Of a DNA stretch of 64,000 nucleotides, positions 34,958-46,735 are shown in pieces. A program made the translations under genes and the position numbers. The notes below the pieces were generated by a model. The model made no database searches. It worked only from the letters and a program-made list of their open reading frames with translations, and was not told where the DNA came from. Position 1 is the first letter of the stretch. Each line of letters opens with the position of its first letter. This stretch comes from Zancudomyces culisetae HAW-14-8 (lineage: Eukaryota; Fungi; Kickxellomycota). The stretch covers positions 1,116,001 through 1,180,000 of the forward strand of contig JBNJNM010000015.1 in NCBI GenBank assembly GCA_052426225.1, read 5' to 3'.

Positions 34958-37900
34958 ATGCTTGGAGGGGAAGTAAGAAAATCAGAACGAGCCAAACGCG
35001 GACCGGATAGGTATGTACCTACGCCGAATTCCAGAGCAACAGCGAGATCAAGGGGCAGTACGCTAAAGCCAAGGACACCATCCAGATTGGGTGCCAGAGC
35101 AAAAGGATATGTGAGCAGTGAAGAGACGCAGGACGAACAGTCTGAGGAACAGTCTGAGGCTCAATCATCGACTGAAGGCGAGGATACTGGTGATGAATAC
35201 GAAGAGGAAACACCCAATAACTCCAGAAAAAAACGGAAAGCAAAGGACGGAGGGAAAAACGTTCGAACTGGAGAAAGAAAAAAAAGAACACCAGGGCCTA
35301 GTGCAAAAAGAGGTACGAAGCAAGAAAATGCAAGCAACCAAGAGGGTATAGAGATGGAAACAGGTCTGTTAAGAGAAGTTGTTGACGGGGAGGTTGCACT
35401 AGAAACGGTTGCAGAAAATTGGATAGAACGGTTTATGAAAAACAATAGAGAGGCTGTTTCTGAATTCCTAGAGTTAGTGATACGATTGGCAGGAATAGGT
35501 GGCAATATTAATGAAGAGGATCTAAAAACCGAACAACTAATGGAACAGAGTATAGAGAAGTTGGTAGAAGAAGGGTTACAAAAAGAGGAAAAAATAAATA
35601 TAATTATATTAGAGGCTAGTAAGAGTAATAAAAACAAACTCAAGCAAAGTCTTGAGTTTATTGAAAAAATAATGACAAATGGAAAAGAAGAATTGATATA
35701 TGGGAGCAGGGACGAAAAAATCAAGAACAAGATCGAAGTTATCCAAGGAAAGAGGAAGGAGCGCGGAGAGGAGGAGTTTACAGAGTTTTTTAAAGTAATA
35801 GGAAAATACCTACAAAAGCTAAGCAATAGCGAGTATCGGCCGTTTAGACAGGTAGGAACGGTGGTACTATGTAGTATTATGACAGAACTAGTCCGAGAAA
35901 GGAAGGAAAATAGGGATGAACTAGAGACCATTAGTAGACAACTAGAAAGCCAAGCGAAAAATACAGGAGGAAATAGGCGAGCAAGTAAGTCGGGTAGACA
36001 GGCACAGCTCGAGGAATTGCAAGCAGAAATGCAGCGTAGGGAGGGGATAGTTTATTCAATTGGTGATTGGGTATTAACAAAGATTTTGCATTTAAGATAT
36101 CGCGATGTGTATGATGGGATACGGGCAGAGACAATAAAATATCTAGGAGAATGGATAAGAGAAGATAGTATCAGTTTACTGGAAACAAAGTACCTTCGGT
36201 ACTTTGGGTGGTTAATGCACGATGACAGTGATAAGGTCCGACATGCTGCAGTCGAAGGGGTGAGAAAGATAATAAGTAGAGGGGACGTGGAGGTAGCACA
36301 GTTTAGTGAGTTTTTTGAGCGATTTGGGTCTAGGCTCGTTCAATTGTCGGTTGCAGACGGAGATAGCTCGGTGTCTGCAAGCTCTCTGAAGCTCCTGAAG
36401 GTGGTGCTTGAGAATGGAATGATGATAACAGGGACTACAGAGATAAGAGAAGCATTAGAGCCTGTGATCAAGAGTGGCACCACAAACGAGGGTGATAAAG
36501 CTTCAAAAAAGAAAGGACGTAAGAAGAAGAGCTCCAAATTTTCTCAGCAGCTGATAGAAGAGGATGAAGAGATGGATGAAGAGATGGATGAAGAGATGGA
36601 TAAAGATATGGATGAAGAGGGAGGTGATGATGGTGATGATGGTAATGATGGTGAAGAAATGGAGGAGATAGTGAAAAATGCTGAAACAACAAACAAGGAA
36701 AAAGTAGTTAGAATGCAAGGTATAATTCAGCTTTATGATGATGAAGGTGAGAATGTTCAGCACCCAAGCAACGAGGTCATGAACTATGTAGCTCCGTTGT
36801 TATATCACGGGTTGGTTACAATCAGAACACATGCGGCAGAGCTAGTTGAGTGGTGGATTAGAAAGGAGTGGATTCCGTTCTATCGAGGACCAGGTGGTAG
36901 CAACGAGAACGATGCATGGTTTTTATACAAGTGTTTGGCAAAATTGTTGTGTCAAATAAGTAGTACCAGGGACACAGTTAAAGTAGAGACAAGTATCAAG
37001 GAAGAAGTATCAGAGTTCAAAGGAATCATATTGAATAATGACGAATTAAGTATAGAGGAAAGAAAGTGGAAGGAAAGTATAACGAAAATGGGTGATAACA
37101 AGAGACAAGATGCAGCAGCAGCAGCGTTACTACCTAGATTTCCAGAGTTTGGGAACATAAGCGGTGTATTGGAGTATTTAGGGAAGGACCATAGTGTTAC
37201 AGAAGGCCAAAACTTTGGTCAAACGGCAGCTTCGAACCAGGAATTAATGATTCTTTTTGAGGGGTTGTTGGTGACATTACAAAACATGATCAATAGTCAC
37301 AAATCAAAGGCAAAAGGAAAGGCTAAGAAGACAGTGGTGGAAAGTGAAAGGCATATCAACATAGCTAGAAGTATGAAGAGCATTGAAGCACAAGTCTCGC
37401 AGCACATAGAAGGGTTAATTGGAAGATACCTAGATAATGAGGGTTTGATTGAGCAGATTCTAAGAATTCTAGATATTGTTGAATTTGATGGCCAGTCGCT
37501 GTATGATGAAGGCCAGCAAAAGACACTAAACACAATAGTTGAGCAAATCGAGATGGTGTTTAGTAGGTACAACTATTCAATAGAAATAACTAGACTTGCA
37601 GTATCGATCCTGAGTCGGCTTGACAAGTCCAAAGTCTTGGAAATGTCTGGTGTTTCCCGGCCCAAGGATTCAGAGGAAGAAGAAGAAGCACAACACGAGG
37701 ATGCTGGAGGAACACTCATTAGAAAGCACTTTGAGGCAATTGTTGAGACAGTATCGAAATCCCATGCTACCCTTCACTACAATCAGCTATACGGAATGCT
37801 GATTCAACTTCGCGCACTTCTTGGAGCAGCGAGTGTGACTGTGATTACAGAATCTAATATGGTACAAGTGTTACTTGATATTATTAATAACAGCTATTTC

Positions 37901-39082
37901 TACTATTCGGACTGCGACTCTGTCAAAATCACAAAACTGAAACTGTACTGTTTGGACATTGCATACAAATGCTTACTTTGGAGATGCTGTAATACTGTTG
38001 ACCCCGCCAAATTACAGACATTGGCTGATGACAGGGACCTCGTGCTGCAGTACTGCCTGAAAAACATGATTTTGCTGACCAACAACGCTGCAAACTCTGA
38101 ACAACTGCACTTTTTGTTTTCCTGTTTATTCACATCCACTGCGTTATTCCAGCTATTCACTTGCTCTCGTTTCAAATCGGCAGCTAATAGTGTGGTTTAT
38201 TACAAATTGGACTCTGACGCCCTAAACATCTGGTCAAGCGCTCTTTCTTATTTACTGAATGCCTGGGGTTCGCTAATAGTTCCATTTGCATCCGCCGCGT
38301 TTCCTATGTCTAGCACTGATGTTGAATTGCTTAGGCTCTCCACCACCAATTACCAATACTTGCTGGCCCTTTCCAGCGATTTCTCCTCACTCTTGCTCTC
38401 TGGCGTATTCCCCCTCAAATCTTTAGAACTGCTAGCCGGTTTCAGTGGCACAATTCTATCTCCAGACCCATTGATCAAACGCGACTTTAGCATTGATAGC
38501 CCAAAACAACACCACTTGGACCTAACTCACCCCTTTACCATTAACAAAATATTGTCATCACGCTTCGATTCGATAGTGGAATCTACACTGTCTTCTCTAT
38601 ATCTAACCCTGAAGCCAGATGTCTCGAAGCTTGCCACGCTTATCTCACTGCTATTCAGTTCAATGCACAGAAACTATGAACGAACGCTTTCGTTTCACTT
38701 CCCCTCCTCTTCATTCAACTTTTACAGAAAGTTGTTGTCCATTTTGCCTCTAGGTATAGTTAGGTTTTTGCAGCTGGATAATATATCATCCAATTGTATA
38801 GCAAAACTTCTGACGCACTATACTCCGATCGTTCTAAACTCATATTCGTTAACTTCTTTTGATGAAGATAACGACCCCAACCTCAGTCCACTTTCGTTAA
38901 TCCTAACTAATTTTGCTCTATTCATTCAGAAATACATCAAGCCCACACATGCCAGCCAACTTAAAAAAGAGTTGGAGGATAAAGTCTCATCACACCAACC
39001 AGAGATCCCTGCCCCTATATATTCTGCCTATATGAAGGCTCTGGATACTCAGATTGAAAAACTTGCGCTGATAAAATCCTGA
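34958..39082 (+). CDS. SCC3: Cohesin subunit SCC3/Psc3/STAG-like
   Basis: SNSEYRPFRQVGT (STAG domain) and HLRYRDVYDGIRAETIKYLGEWI...YLRYFGWLMHD (SCD). Single 1374-aa ORF with a divergent C-terminus. Confidence 0.9.
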   Translation: MLGGEVRKSERAKRGPDRYVPTPNSRATARSRGSTLKPRTPSRLGARAKGYVSSEETQDEQSEEQSEAQSSTEGEDTGDEYEEETPNNSRKKRKAKDGGKNVRTGERKKRTPGPSAKRGTKQENASNQEGIEMETGLLREVVDGEVALETVAENWIERFMKNNREAVSEFLELVIRLAGIGGNINEEDLKTEQLMEQSIEKLVEEGLQKEEKINIIILEASKSNKNKLKQSLEFIEKIMTNGKEELIYGSRDEKIKNKIEVIQGKRKERGEEEFTEFFKVIGKYLQKLSNSEYRPFRQVGTVVLCSIMTELVRERKENRDELETISRQLESQAKNTGGNRRASKSGRQAQLEELQAEMQRREGIVYSIGDWVLTKILHLRYRDVYDGIRAETIKYLGEWIREDSISLLETKYLRYFGWLMHDDSDKVRHAAVEGVRKIISRGDVEVAQFSEFFERFGSRLVQLSVADGDSSVSASSLKLLKVVLENGMMITGTTEIREALEPVIKSGTTNEGDKASKKKGRKKKSSKFSQQLIEEDEEMDEEMDEEMDKDMDEEGGDDGDDGNDGEEMEEIVKNAETTNKEKVVRMQGIIQLYDDEGENVQHPSNEVMNYVAPLLYHGLVTIRTHAAELVEWWIRKEWIPFYRGPGGSNENDAWFLYKCLAKLLCQISSTRDTVKVETSIKEEVSEFKGIILNNDELSIEERKWKESITKMGDNKRQDAAAAALLPRFPEFGNISGVLEYLGKDHSVTEGQNFGQTAASNQELMILFEGLLVTLQNMINSHKSKAKGKAKKTVVESERHINIARSMKSIEAQVSQHIEGLIGRYLDNEGLIEQILRILDIVEFDGQSLYDEGQQKTLNTIVEQIEMVFSRYNYSIEITRLAVSILSRLDKSKVLEMSGVSRPKDSEEEEEAQHEDAGGTLIRKHFEAIVETVSKSHATLHYNQLYGMLIQLRALLGAASVTVITESNMVQVLLDIINNSYFYYSDCDSVKITKLKLYCLDIAYKCLLWRCCNTVDPAKLQTLADDRDLVLQYCLKNMILLTNNAANSEQLHFLFSCLFTSTALFQLFTCSRFKSAANSVVYYKLDSDALNIWSSALSYLLNAWGSLIVPFASAAFPMSSTDVELLRLSTTNYQYLLALSSDFSSLLLSGVFPLKSLELLAGFSGTILSPDPLIKRDFSIDSPKQHHLDLTHPFTINKILSSRFDSIVESTLSSLYLTLKPDVSKLATLISLLFSSMHRNYERTLSFHFPSSSFNFYRKLLSILPLGIVRFLQLDNISSNCIAKLLTHYTPIVLNSYSLTSFDEDNDPNLSPLSLILTNFALFIQKYIKPTHASQLKKELEDKVSSHQPEIPAPIYSAYMKALDTQIEKLALIKS

Positions 39083-39403
39083 TTCAGGTTCATCGTCTCA
39101 TTTTTGTTAATTTTGCTTATTCTCGTAGTTTTTTATTTTTAGTTTAAAGGCCAAATTGTGCTATTCATTGGTTTTTATTGTTTATTCTAACTTATATAGC
39201 CAATTATCACTGAATCTTTTGTCGTCACTGGTGTTGGGTTCCTGGATTCCAAGTTTCGTATTTTAGTTTGTATGAATTAATTCACAAGAATATTATTTTA
39301 TTCATTATAAAAGAGGCATTTATCCAAATGAATTAAATTCAATCAGCATATTCCAACTAGACATTGTGTAAATATTGGTGGTATTAAGACTCTTCAATAT
39401 AAA

Positions 39404-42400
39404 ATGAAAGCCAAAACATTTCAAATTAATTGGCATGAAAAGCTGCCGATTTTTAGTGTTGATTTCGACCCCAAATACGAATCCTCAGCTTCAAAAACTA
39501 CCGAGGCAATTGGAAATCCACAGCAGTATACACCACAGCAGAATGAAAATGGGATAAACAAGGATATCGATAAGCTTAACGCCAGCGTAAATGTTTCGGG
39601 AATTATCGACAGCAATACAAATGATTTCTTGTATAGGTTTGCCACCGGTGGTGGTGATTGTAATGTTCGAGTAAATAGTTACACTTTACCCTAGCGTTCA
39701 TACTTTTAAACAGTACAATACGAATGCGGTTCTCGCTGAAATGGCAATAAAAAAGTGGTGCTACATACTCATTTACATGGGCTTTATTTAATATAGATTT
39801 GGAATGTTCTCATGGATAGTAGTGGACCAAAGATCGATTTCAGAGCAAATCTAAGCCGACATACATCGCCAGTAAATTGTGTCAAATTCTCGCCTAATGG
39901 TAATTTAATGTCTTTTATCTCTCTTTACCTCTAATATCGATTCTGTGCTAAAAGGGTGGTATTTGATTCTATAAACTTTAATTTTTAATAAATATTTCTA
40001 TATATAATATAGGCTCGATTCTAGCTTCAGCCGGTGATGGTACTGTACTATACAAAAAAAAACATCAATTTAATACTATTATTAACTCACCAACTTGTTA
40101 TACTATTTCTTATATATTTAAAAATGTGCTATTATAGACGGATCAATTGTCTTATGGAAGCAGTGGGATTCAAATAAAACCAACGAAAACTCGACTGTTG
40201 GTAGCTATACCGCTGGTACTGCAAACATTCTAGGTGAGCCTGGAATGGTTACTGATCCACCTCGAGACGGTAGTGGCAATGACAGCAAAAACAACGCTAA
40301 TAGCAGTACTACATCTGTTCTCGAGGCCAATGATGGGGGGATACTCTATGATGACATAACAGGCATCCAAGGGCCCGAAGTTTGGAAGCCTATTACCATT
40401 CTAAGGTAATGATGGATAGATAAATATACTTGGAATTGGTTATTAAACATAAATTCCAATATTACTTAGGGGATCTCTGGCGGATATCTATGATTTAGCT
40501 TGGTCACCAGATGGAAACTACATAATCAGTGGATCAATTGACAATACCGCAAGAGTCTGGGATGTAAAAATGTGTAAGTTTTGTCTTGTATGTTACCCTG
40601 TTTTGTTTTACGAATAAAAGGATGTACCTTTTTGACATTAGTATAAATTAACATCAACAAATCACGGTTAACCTATTTAGCGAAGTGTATACAAGTATTA
40701 ACCGACCACAGACACTATGTACAGGGCGTCGCATGGGATCCTTTAGGATATTTTGTAGCCACCCAGAGCTGTGATAGGTAATTTTTCCTCTAAAAAAAAA
40801 AACTTTGTCGTGAATACTTTCAGGTTATACTGCCTTATGCTTTATCCTATTCAGTATGTATCTGTAAATTCAGAAGGATAAACTGTATGTTAGGTCTGTT
40901 CAGCTGTACAAATGGGTGAAAAACAAGAAAAAACAAAAATACCATATGGTTAAGGTTGGGACCTTAAATAAATTTGAGTCTTGTGAATCCAACTCAAATC
41001 AAAAGAGTACGGATGTACAACAAAGCGCAAGTGGCCCTTCCGATGAATCATCCTTACCTATAAACACTAACGATAGAGAGGCCAAGGGGGACATTGGTAC
41101 AAATGGTACCGGATGCCCAAACAAAAGTAAACCAGATGGTCCCACCTGTAACAGTACGTCGTTCAAGCTTTTCCACGACGATAATTTAAATTCATTTTTC
41201 AGAAGGTTGTCATTTTCGCCTGATGGGAGCATGTTATATGTTCCTACAGGTGTTTATAAAGAGAAAATTACTAATGCTGACGGAAGGACGATAAAGGTAC
41301 CACCAACTGAAACTGTTTACTGTTGGTCTCGCGAAGCACTGTTAGGGTAACTTCATTTACCTATTAACTAAATACTTTTGTTCTACATTATTCATTGCTA
41401 ATTGGGGTGTTGTAACTACACTTACAGTTGCCAATAATCTATATCTGCTAGAAAGATGGACATTTATTTTTTTGTACACTTTGTTGAGCTAAAAATCTTT
41501 GAACTTGCTTTAGAAACCCTGATTTTCATTTTCCGGGCCACAAGAAACCTACTGTAGCAACCAGCGTTTGTCCTGTAAAATTTAAGATTGATGACCGAGG
41601 GGATGGGAACGGGAATGATAATGATAATGAGAATGAATATGGAGATACCTCTAAATATTTTTCTATAGTTGCAGTTGCATCGCAAAATGCAGTTGTCATC
41701 TATGGACTTGACACACCTAGTACAGAATACATACAGAATAGCAGTGATCAGCCCTTACCGCCTGTAAAAAAGTCTAGTGCCATCGCCTATTTGGGTGGTT
41801 TACATTATGGTACACTCACAGATCTTTCTTGGTAAGTATCTCCCTTTTTAGATTTCTAACCTAGTTTTACTCTATACTCGTATGTATCTCTGCTAAGTTT
41901 TTATAAAGTGGATAATTTTGGACACAACTAAATGTAACAACTTTACATAAAGGTCGCCAAACGGACAATGCCTCATACTCGTGTCCACCGACGGATTTGC
42001 AACAGTTGTCACATTTGACCTCAACGAGCTTGGAACTCCTACCCCATACGCACTCGCAAGTCCAGTGAAAAATACAGCTCTGCCAAAATCCGTATCCGAA
42101 ATATCTGAAGATTCAGTTGTGTAAGCTTATTTTCTTAACTGTCCATTAAACCACACCACCGTTTAGTTTGAACTTTTATTTTGAATATTTTTCCTTTCCT
42201 GTTTCTAACCTGGGATGGACAATTCAAAAAATATATGTAGAAATGTATTAAGCCCTAACTTCAGCAGCTTGCAGATCCACGAGTCTCTTTCGGACGACGA
42301 GTTCGTGGTTGTGGATGATGACATTATGGCGGAAAAGTATTGTACAGAAGAGAAAGCTCAAACAGTAGATTTGCCTGATACGGATGCAGATACCGCGGCT

Positions 42401-42562
42401 CTACTCAAGGTTTCTACTGGAACAGAAACACACTCTGTCTCACCCATGGCCATTCCGATCAAAACTAGTAAATCCAAAGAATCAGCGGCAAACTTGGAAG
42501 GCACAGCTCCTTCGAAGAAAAAGCGTAGAATTGCACCTACGTTGGTTTCTACACATTTTTAA
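39404..42562 (+). CDS. CAC2: Chromatin assembly factor 1 p60 subunit (WD40); ~10 exons
   Basis: [60 protein letters not shown], and a C-terminal ASF1-binding B-domain-like [14 protein letters not shown] introns link the pieces. Confidence 0.9.
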
Positions 42563-42883
42563 TTTGTTTTTAAGAGTTATAAGTATTACAAACTAATATC
42601 AAGCCTCCCTTTTTTAGTATTATAACATCACACACACATACTACTTGAACATAAAATAAACGGGTGATAGGTGTAAGGTTATGTTTGGCTGTTACAGCAT
42701 AGCATACCAGTAAACATCAATAATGCTTAGATATTTGGAACGTTAAGACCGGTTATCATTTTTTCTTTTAAAGGTTCAGATGAAATAAATGTGGTAAAAA
42801 AAAAACCTGTGTTAATGGAGCGAAAGGCTGGATAAATAGAGTACTAAGTGTTGAAAATAATTCGACCGAAATAGTACTTCGGA

Positions 42884-43708
42884 TTATAACATTTTGTCCT
42901 TTGATTTTCTTGAAGTAGAGTTCCAATAATAAAGCATCTGGAAGGCTAAAATAGCATTGGCTGCAAAACTCAGCACAAATCCCATCAAAACAACGCGGTT
43001 CTGAATTTCAACAGCTGTAGTATAAACGCGGGCCAAAGAACCAAGGAAGTAATTGAATACGGTAAAGGCTGCCAATTGCCCTGTAGATTTTTCTGTGTGA
43101 ATCTTGAGAATCTGTGGAATTCTGCTGCTAATCAATACAGGAATCGTCAATGTTTGGAAAAGGACTAGCATGTTGCTATCAACATACTCTGGTGACATTA
43201 GGGAGTAGGCGATAGCTGCAAAAATGGCGTTCATAATAACAACACCCGAGACGGCCTTTTTAGATACGCCCTGGCCTCTGCTACCACGAGAACCTCTCTT
43301 TTCCCCAAGAGTAACACCAGCCATTCCAGCGCCGCCGTTGATGCCACTGAAGTAAATAATCATGCTCGCAATCAGCGCATTTTGTATTCCGATAAATAAA
43401 CTTTCGCCAAAAGTCGAGAACGGGAATTGATTCCTTAACGAAAAGCACACTGTGATAATGTTTGCAACGCATTCTAATACGAAGGACATTAATGACAGTC
43501 CCTCACAAGACCCGTTTTGTAGAATTTTTCTAATCTGAGGAAGTTTAACGATACATCCACCCAGAACAATTCCGATTCCGAGACCCTTCGATATCACCAA
43601 TTTAAGGCACGTGGTGTCAAAAATGTCTAGGTTGTCAACTATTGTTGTTGTGCATTCATCTCCAATAACTCCCACAATTAGATTCCTGAGTATTTCCGGT
43701 ACCCACAT
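42884..43708 (-). CDS. MPDU1: Mannose-P-dolichol utilization defect 1 (PQ-loop) protein
   Basis: CLKLVISKGLGIGIVLGGCIVKLPQIRKI, FPFSTFGE, SRIPQI...STGQL and LARVYTT. First ATG at 43708. Confidence 0.93.
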   Translation of the reverse strand: MWVPEILRNLIVGVIGDECTTTIVDNLDIFDTTCLKLVISKGLGIGIVLGGCIVKLPQIRKILQNGSCEGLSLMSFVLECVANIITVCFSLRNQFPFSTFGESLFIGIQNALIASMIIYFSGINGGAGMAGVTLGEKRGSRGSRGQGVSKKAVSGVVIMNAIFAAIAYSLMSPEYVDSNMLVLFQTLTIPVLISSRIPQILKIHTEKSTGQLAAFTVFNYFLGSLARVYTTAVEIQNRVVLMGFVLSFAANAILAFQMLYYWNSTSRKSKDKML

Positions 43709-44931
43709 TTCGTATTTCTTGAGTCTATGAACCAAAGGCGAAGAATAAAAACTTGAAATAGTTGAAAAAAAGGATGAAAGTATAAACCGGTATAGCAAGT
43801 ATACAAAGACAGTTTAACAACAAAAGGTTGGTGATAAAAAAAAAAAAGCTATCTGTTGTCAGTTTTTGGTCCACATGTTTACCTTTTCTATTAAACCATG
43901 CTTTTATATTGGTGTTTGATTTTTCTGTGTCTCTTTAGGTGGTAGTTTTTCTCCGCTAATTTTGTATATATGACTGGTGTCGGATTGGAACAAACATCCA
44001 ATATTTACATTTTGCAGTTTGTGATTGCTCAGTAATGGAGCTAGTTGGGAAGTGAAAATTAAAAAAAAAATCACACTAATGCACCAATACTGTATATCGA
44101 ATCATCCAAATCGGCCTTGTAAATCAGAAATACAAAATGTACGAAAAATGTGCGTGAAGAAACAAAACAACACAAATTTCAGAAAAAAATACCCCCCCTC
44201 CCCCACATACACCTACCAGCATGCCTTTGTATTTGGTGCATTTGGACCTTTACCTTCCCAGCAAGTTCACACACTTTAGAATCTCATAGAGCTTTTCAAA
44301 CCTTCAGCGAATATGTACATTAATTGTACATAATACACACATTTGCGTTCAATAAAGAATGTTAAGCTTTTTATAGAATAATCAACCCAAAATGTGACAA
44401 TGTAGTCTACTACCTGTGAAATAATTCCTTGAGCAAAATATCAAAAAGGATATATGTGCAGACAAAAGGTTCACTTGAGATTGATACAGATATAGCAGTC
44501 CGTGACCAGTAGTTGTGGGAATGCTGTGATAAACCAACTACGACAAAAAAAAATGGTGGTGCCTTTTCTTCCAGATAATAGCAAGTGAGTGTAAATATTG
44601 GAGAGTGGGATTGATATCTGAAAGCTAGTATATTGGTCATGATTATTCTCGTTTCTTTGAGATATAACCTCTAAATGCTAGCACAACGCATGTAATACTA
44701 CACCCCTCTCCCCAAGTGCTACGGGCTTTGGTAAACATAGCTTGAATGTCTTGAAAAATATTCACTTGAAGTATACAGGTATTAACTCAATTTATACTAT
44801 ATTATACTATATTTATTTGATATCAAACTCATAGAAAATGCAGTTTTTCACACCAGGTCATCATAGCTGGTTCAAACAAAAAACTTGTAATACCAAAAAC
44901 CACTCATAACGACATTGTAACAAAACTTAGT

Positions 44932-45855
44932 CTAGATTTTACCTAAAAAGTCCTTAACTAAGGTTTGAAGGTCAAGAGCTCTTGCATTCGCAACCTCCAT
45001 CACTTCTTCATGGTTTGCGAAATTCTCAACCTTTCTTTCAATTGGCTCGTTGTTTAGTTTTGCTCTGGCAATATCAAGGGAGCTGGGCTCTTTAGTGAGA
45101 ACAGCTCTGTTGGTAATGAGGGATACTGCAAGAACTTCCAATCCGCAGTGTTTGGCCACAACAACCTCTGGAACAGTGCTCATACCGACAGCATCGCAGC
45201 CGAGCTTCAAGAGTGCGCGGCACTCAACTCTGGTTTCGTAGCAAGGGCCAGTGACCATCCCGTAAACTCCTTCGTGAACCACCAAGTTTTTCTCGTCTTT
45301 AAGGTGTGTATTTGTAAGGTAGCACTCTGCAAACAATTCACGGAGACGTGGTGTGTATGCATCTGAGATGGCAGGAAAACGTGGTCCAAAATCGTCAATA
45401 TTGGGTCCGATAAGCGCGTTCAGCCCAGCCATTCCAGCATGTGCATAGTGGTCAGAAATGAGCATCAAATCACCAACATTGAAGTCGGGGTTCAAACCTC
45501 CAGCCGCATTTGTTACAATTACTATCTTTACACCCAAGAGTTTAAAGACTCTAATAGGGAATGTCGCAACATGAACACTGTAGCCTTCGTAGCAATGGAA
45601 TCTGCCCTTCATGCAAACAACGTTCTTTCCTGACAGTTTACCAAAAACTAGTTCGCCTGCATGGCCATGAGCTGTGCTTCCAACAAATCCTGGTATTTTT
45701 TCATAATTAACGCTTAGTACATCACCTTCTAGAGATTCTGCAAGACCTCCCAAGCCACTACCACATATTATAGCAACTTCAGGAAGTTCGTGTCCCTTTC
45801 TGAGTTCTTTGATGAAGTTTGCTGATTCTTTGTAATCTTGAAGAGTAAAAGCCAT
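44932..45855 (-). CDS. PNP1: Purine nucleoside phosphorylase
   Basis: IICGSGLGGL, GHAGELVFG, GRFHCYEGY, TNAAGG, GPCYET, DAVGMSTVPEV and NHEEV motifs. Confidence 0.96.
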   Translation of the reverse strand: MAFTLQDYKESANFIKELRKGHELPEVAIICGSGLGGLAESLEGDVLSVNYEKIPGFVGSTAHGHAGELVFGKLSGKNVVCMKGRFHCYEGYSVHVATFPIRVFKLLGVKIVIVTNAAGGLNPDFNVGDLMLISDHYAHAGMAGLNALIGPNIDDFGPRFPAISDAYTPRLRELFAECYLTNTHLKDEKNLVVHEGVYGMVTGPCYETRVECRALLKLGCDAVGMSTVPEVVVAKHCGLEVLAVSLITNRAVLTKEPSSLDIARAKLNNEPIERKVENFANHEEVMEVANARALDLQTLVKDFLGKI

Positions 45856-46735
45856 TTTGTTAGTCCTGGTACTTTCTTTAAAAGAAAACGTATATTGTGT
45901 TTTTTTCTAATTAAAATACAAAAGAAAGAAAAAGTTTATGAGAGGAGGGAAGATATATTTTCGACCAAAGACTCTGCCTTTTATAGATAATTTCGAAAAC
46001 TGCCACTTTGGAATGGCTACAAGAACCAAATCCATGAAATTATTTAACCAGTTGGAGAAAAAGAAAAAAACTCGGGTCTTTTATTTTACAAACCCGTATG
46101 TTCAGAGCCAAGAGTCTACTCTTTCTTTCAGTTCATTGTGTAAGAAAATGCGAGCCAACTAAACTAGTTTCAGGCACAATTTAGCACGATTCGAATTTTG
46201 CCCTTAGATCATGCTACTTTTGAATTTGGGGCTTTCTGGATCAGCTATAAGCCTCATTGGCTTTTTATTTTATTTTGCCAGTTTAGCAGTTTTTCGAGAC
46301 TTGTTACATAATTGGTGAGGAGATTAGAGCAATATGTATTAAAACGGCTGATTTACGGATCTTTTTTAGCTTTTATTTTTAAGAGGGGTTTTAGCAGGCT
46401 GAACTAGATTCATTACACATTGGATCAAATGTAATAATACATAGCTTATTGTGCTTCTTTACTGCTTTTTTTCTGCAAACATCGCCTGATCCAGCAAGAA
46501 AATACTTTCCCACGAATGTGCGCATTTATTATAAGATATAGTTAAAAAACAAAGAAAATAGAGGTTGGGAAGGTTGGGAACGCCTCTGGATGTGATGCTA
46601 ATCGTTTGCTACCAACCTCACTGAGGCAAACTCGCCAAAAATATAAACTTTGAAGAACAATATATAGGTAAAATAAAAGTAGTGATGACCTATAAAAATT
46701 CATCACTTGCTCCTTTATTAATAAAAAAAACAGTT

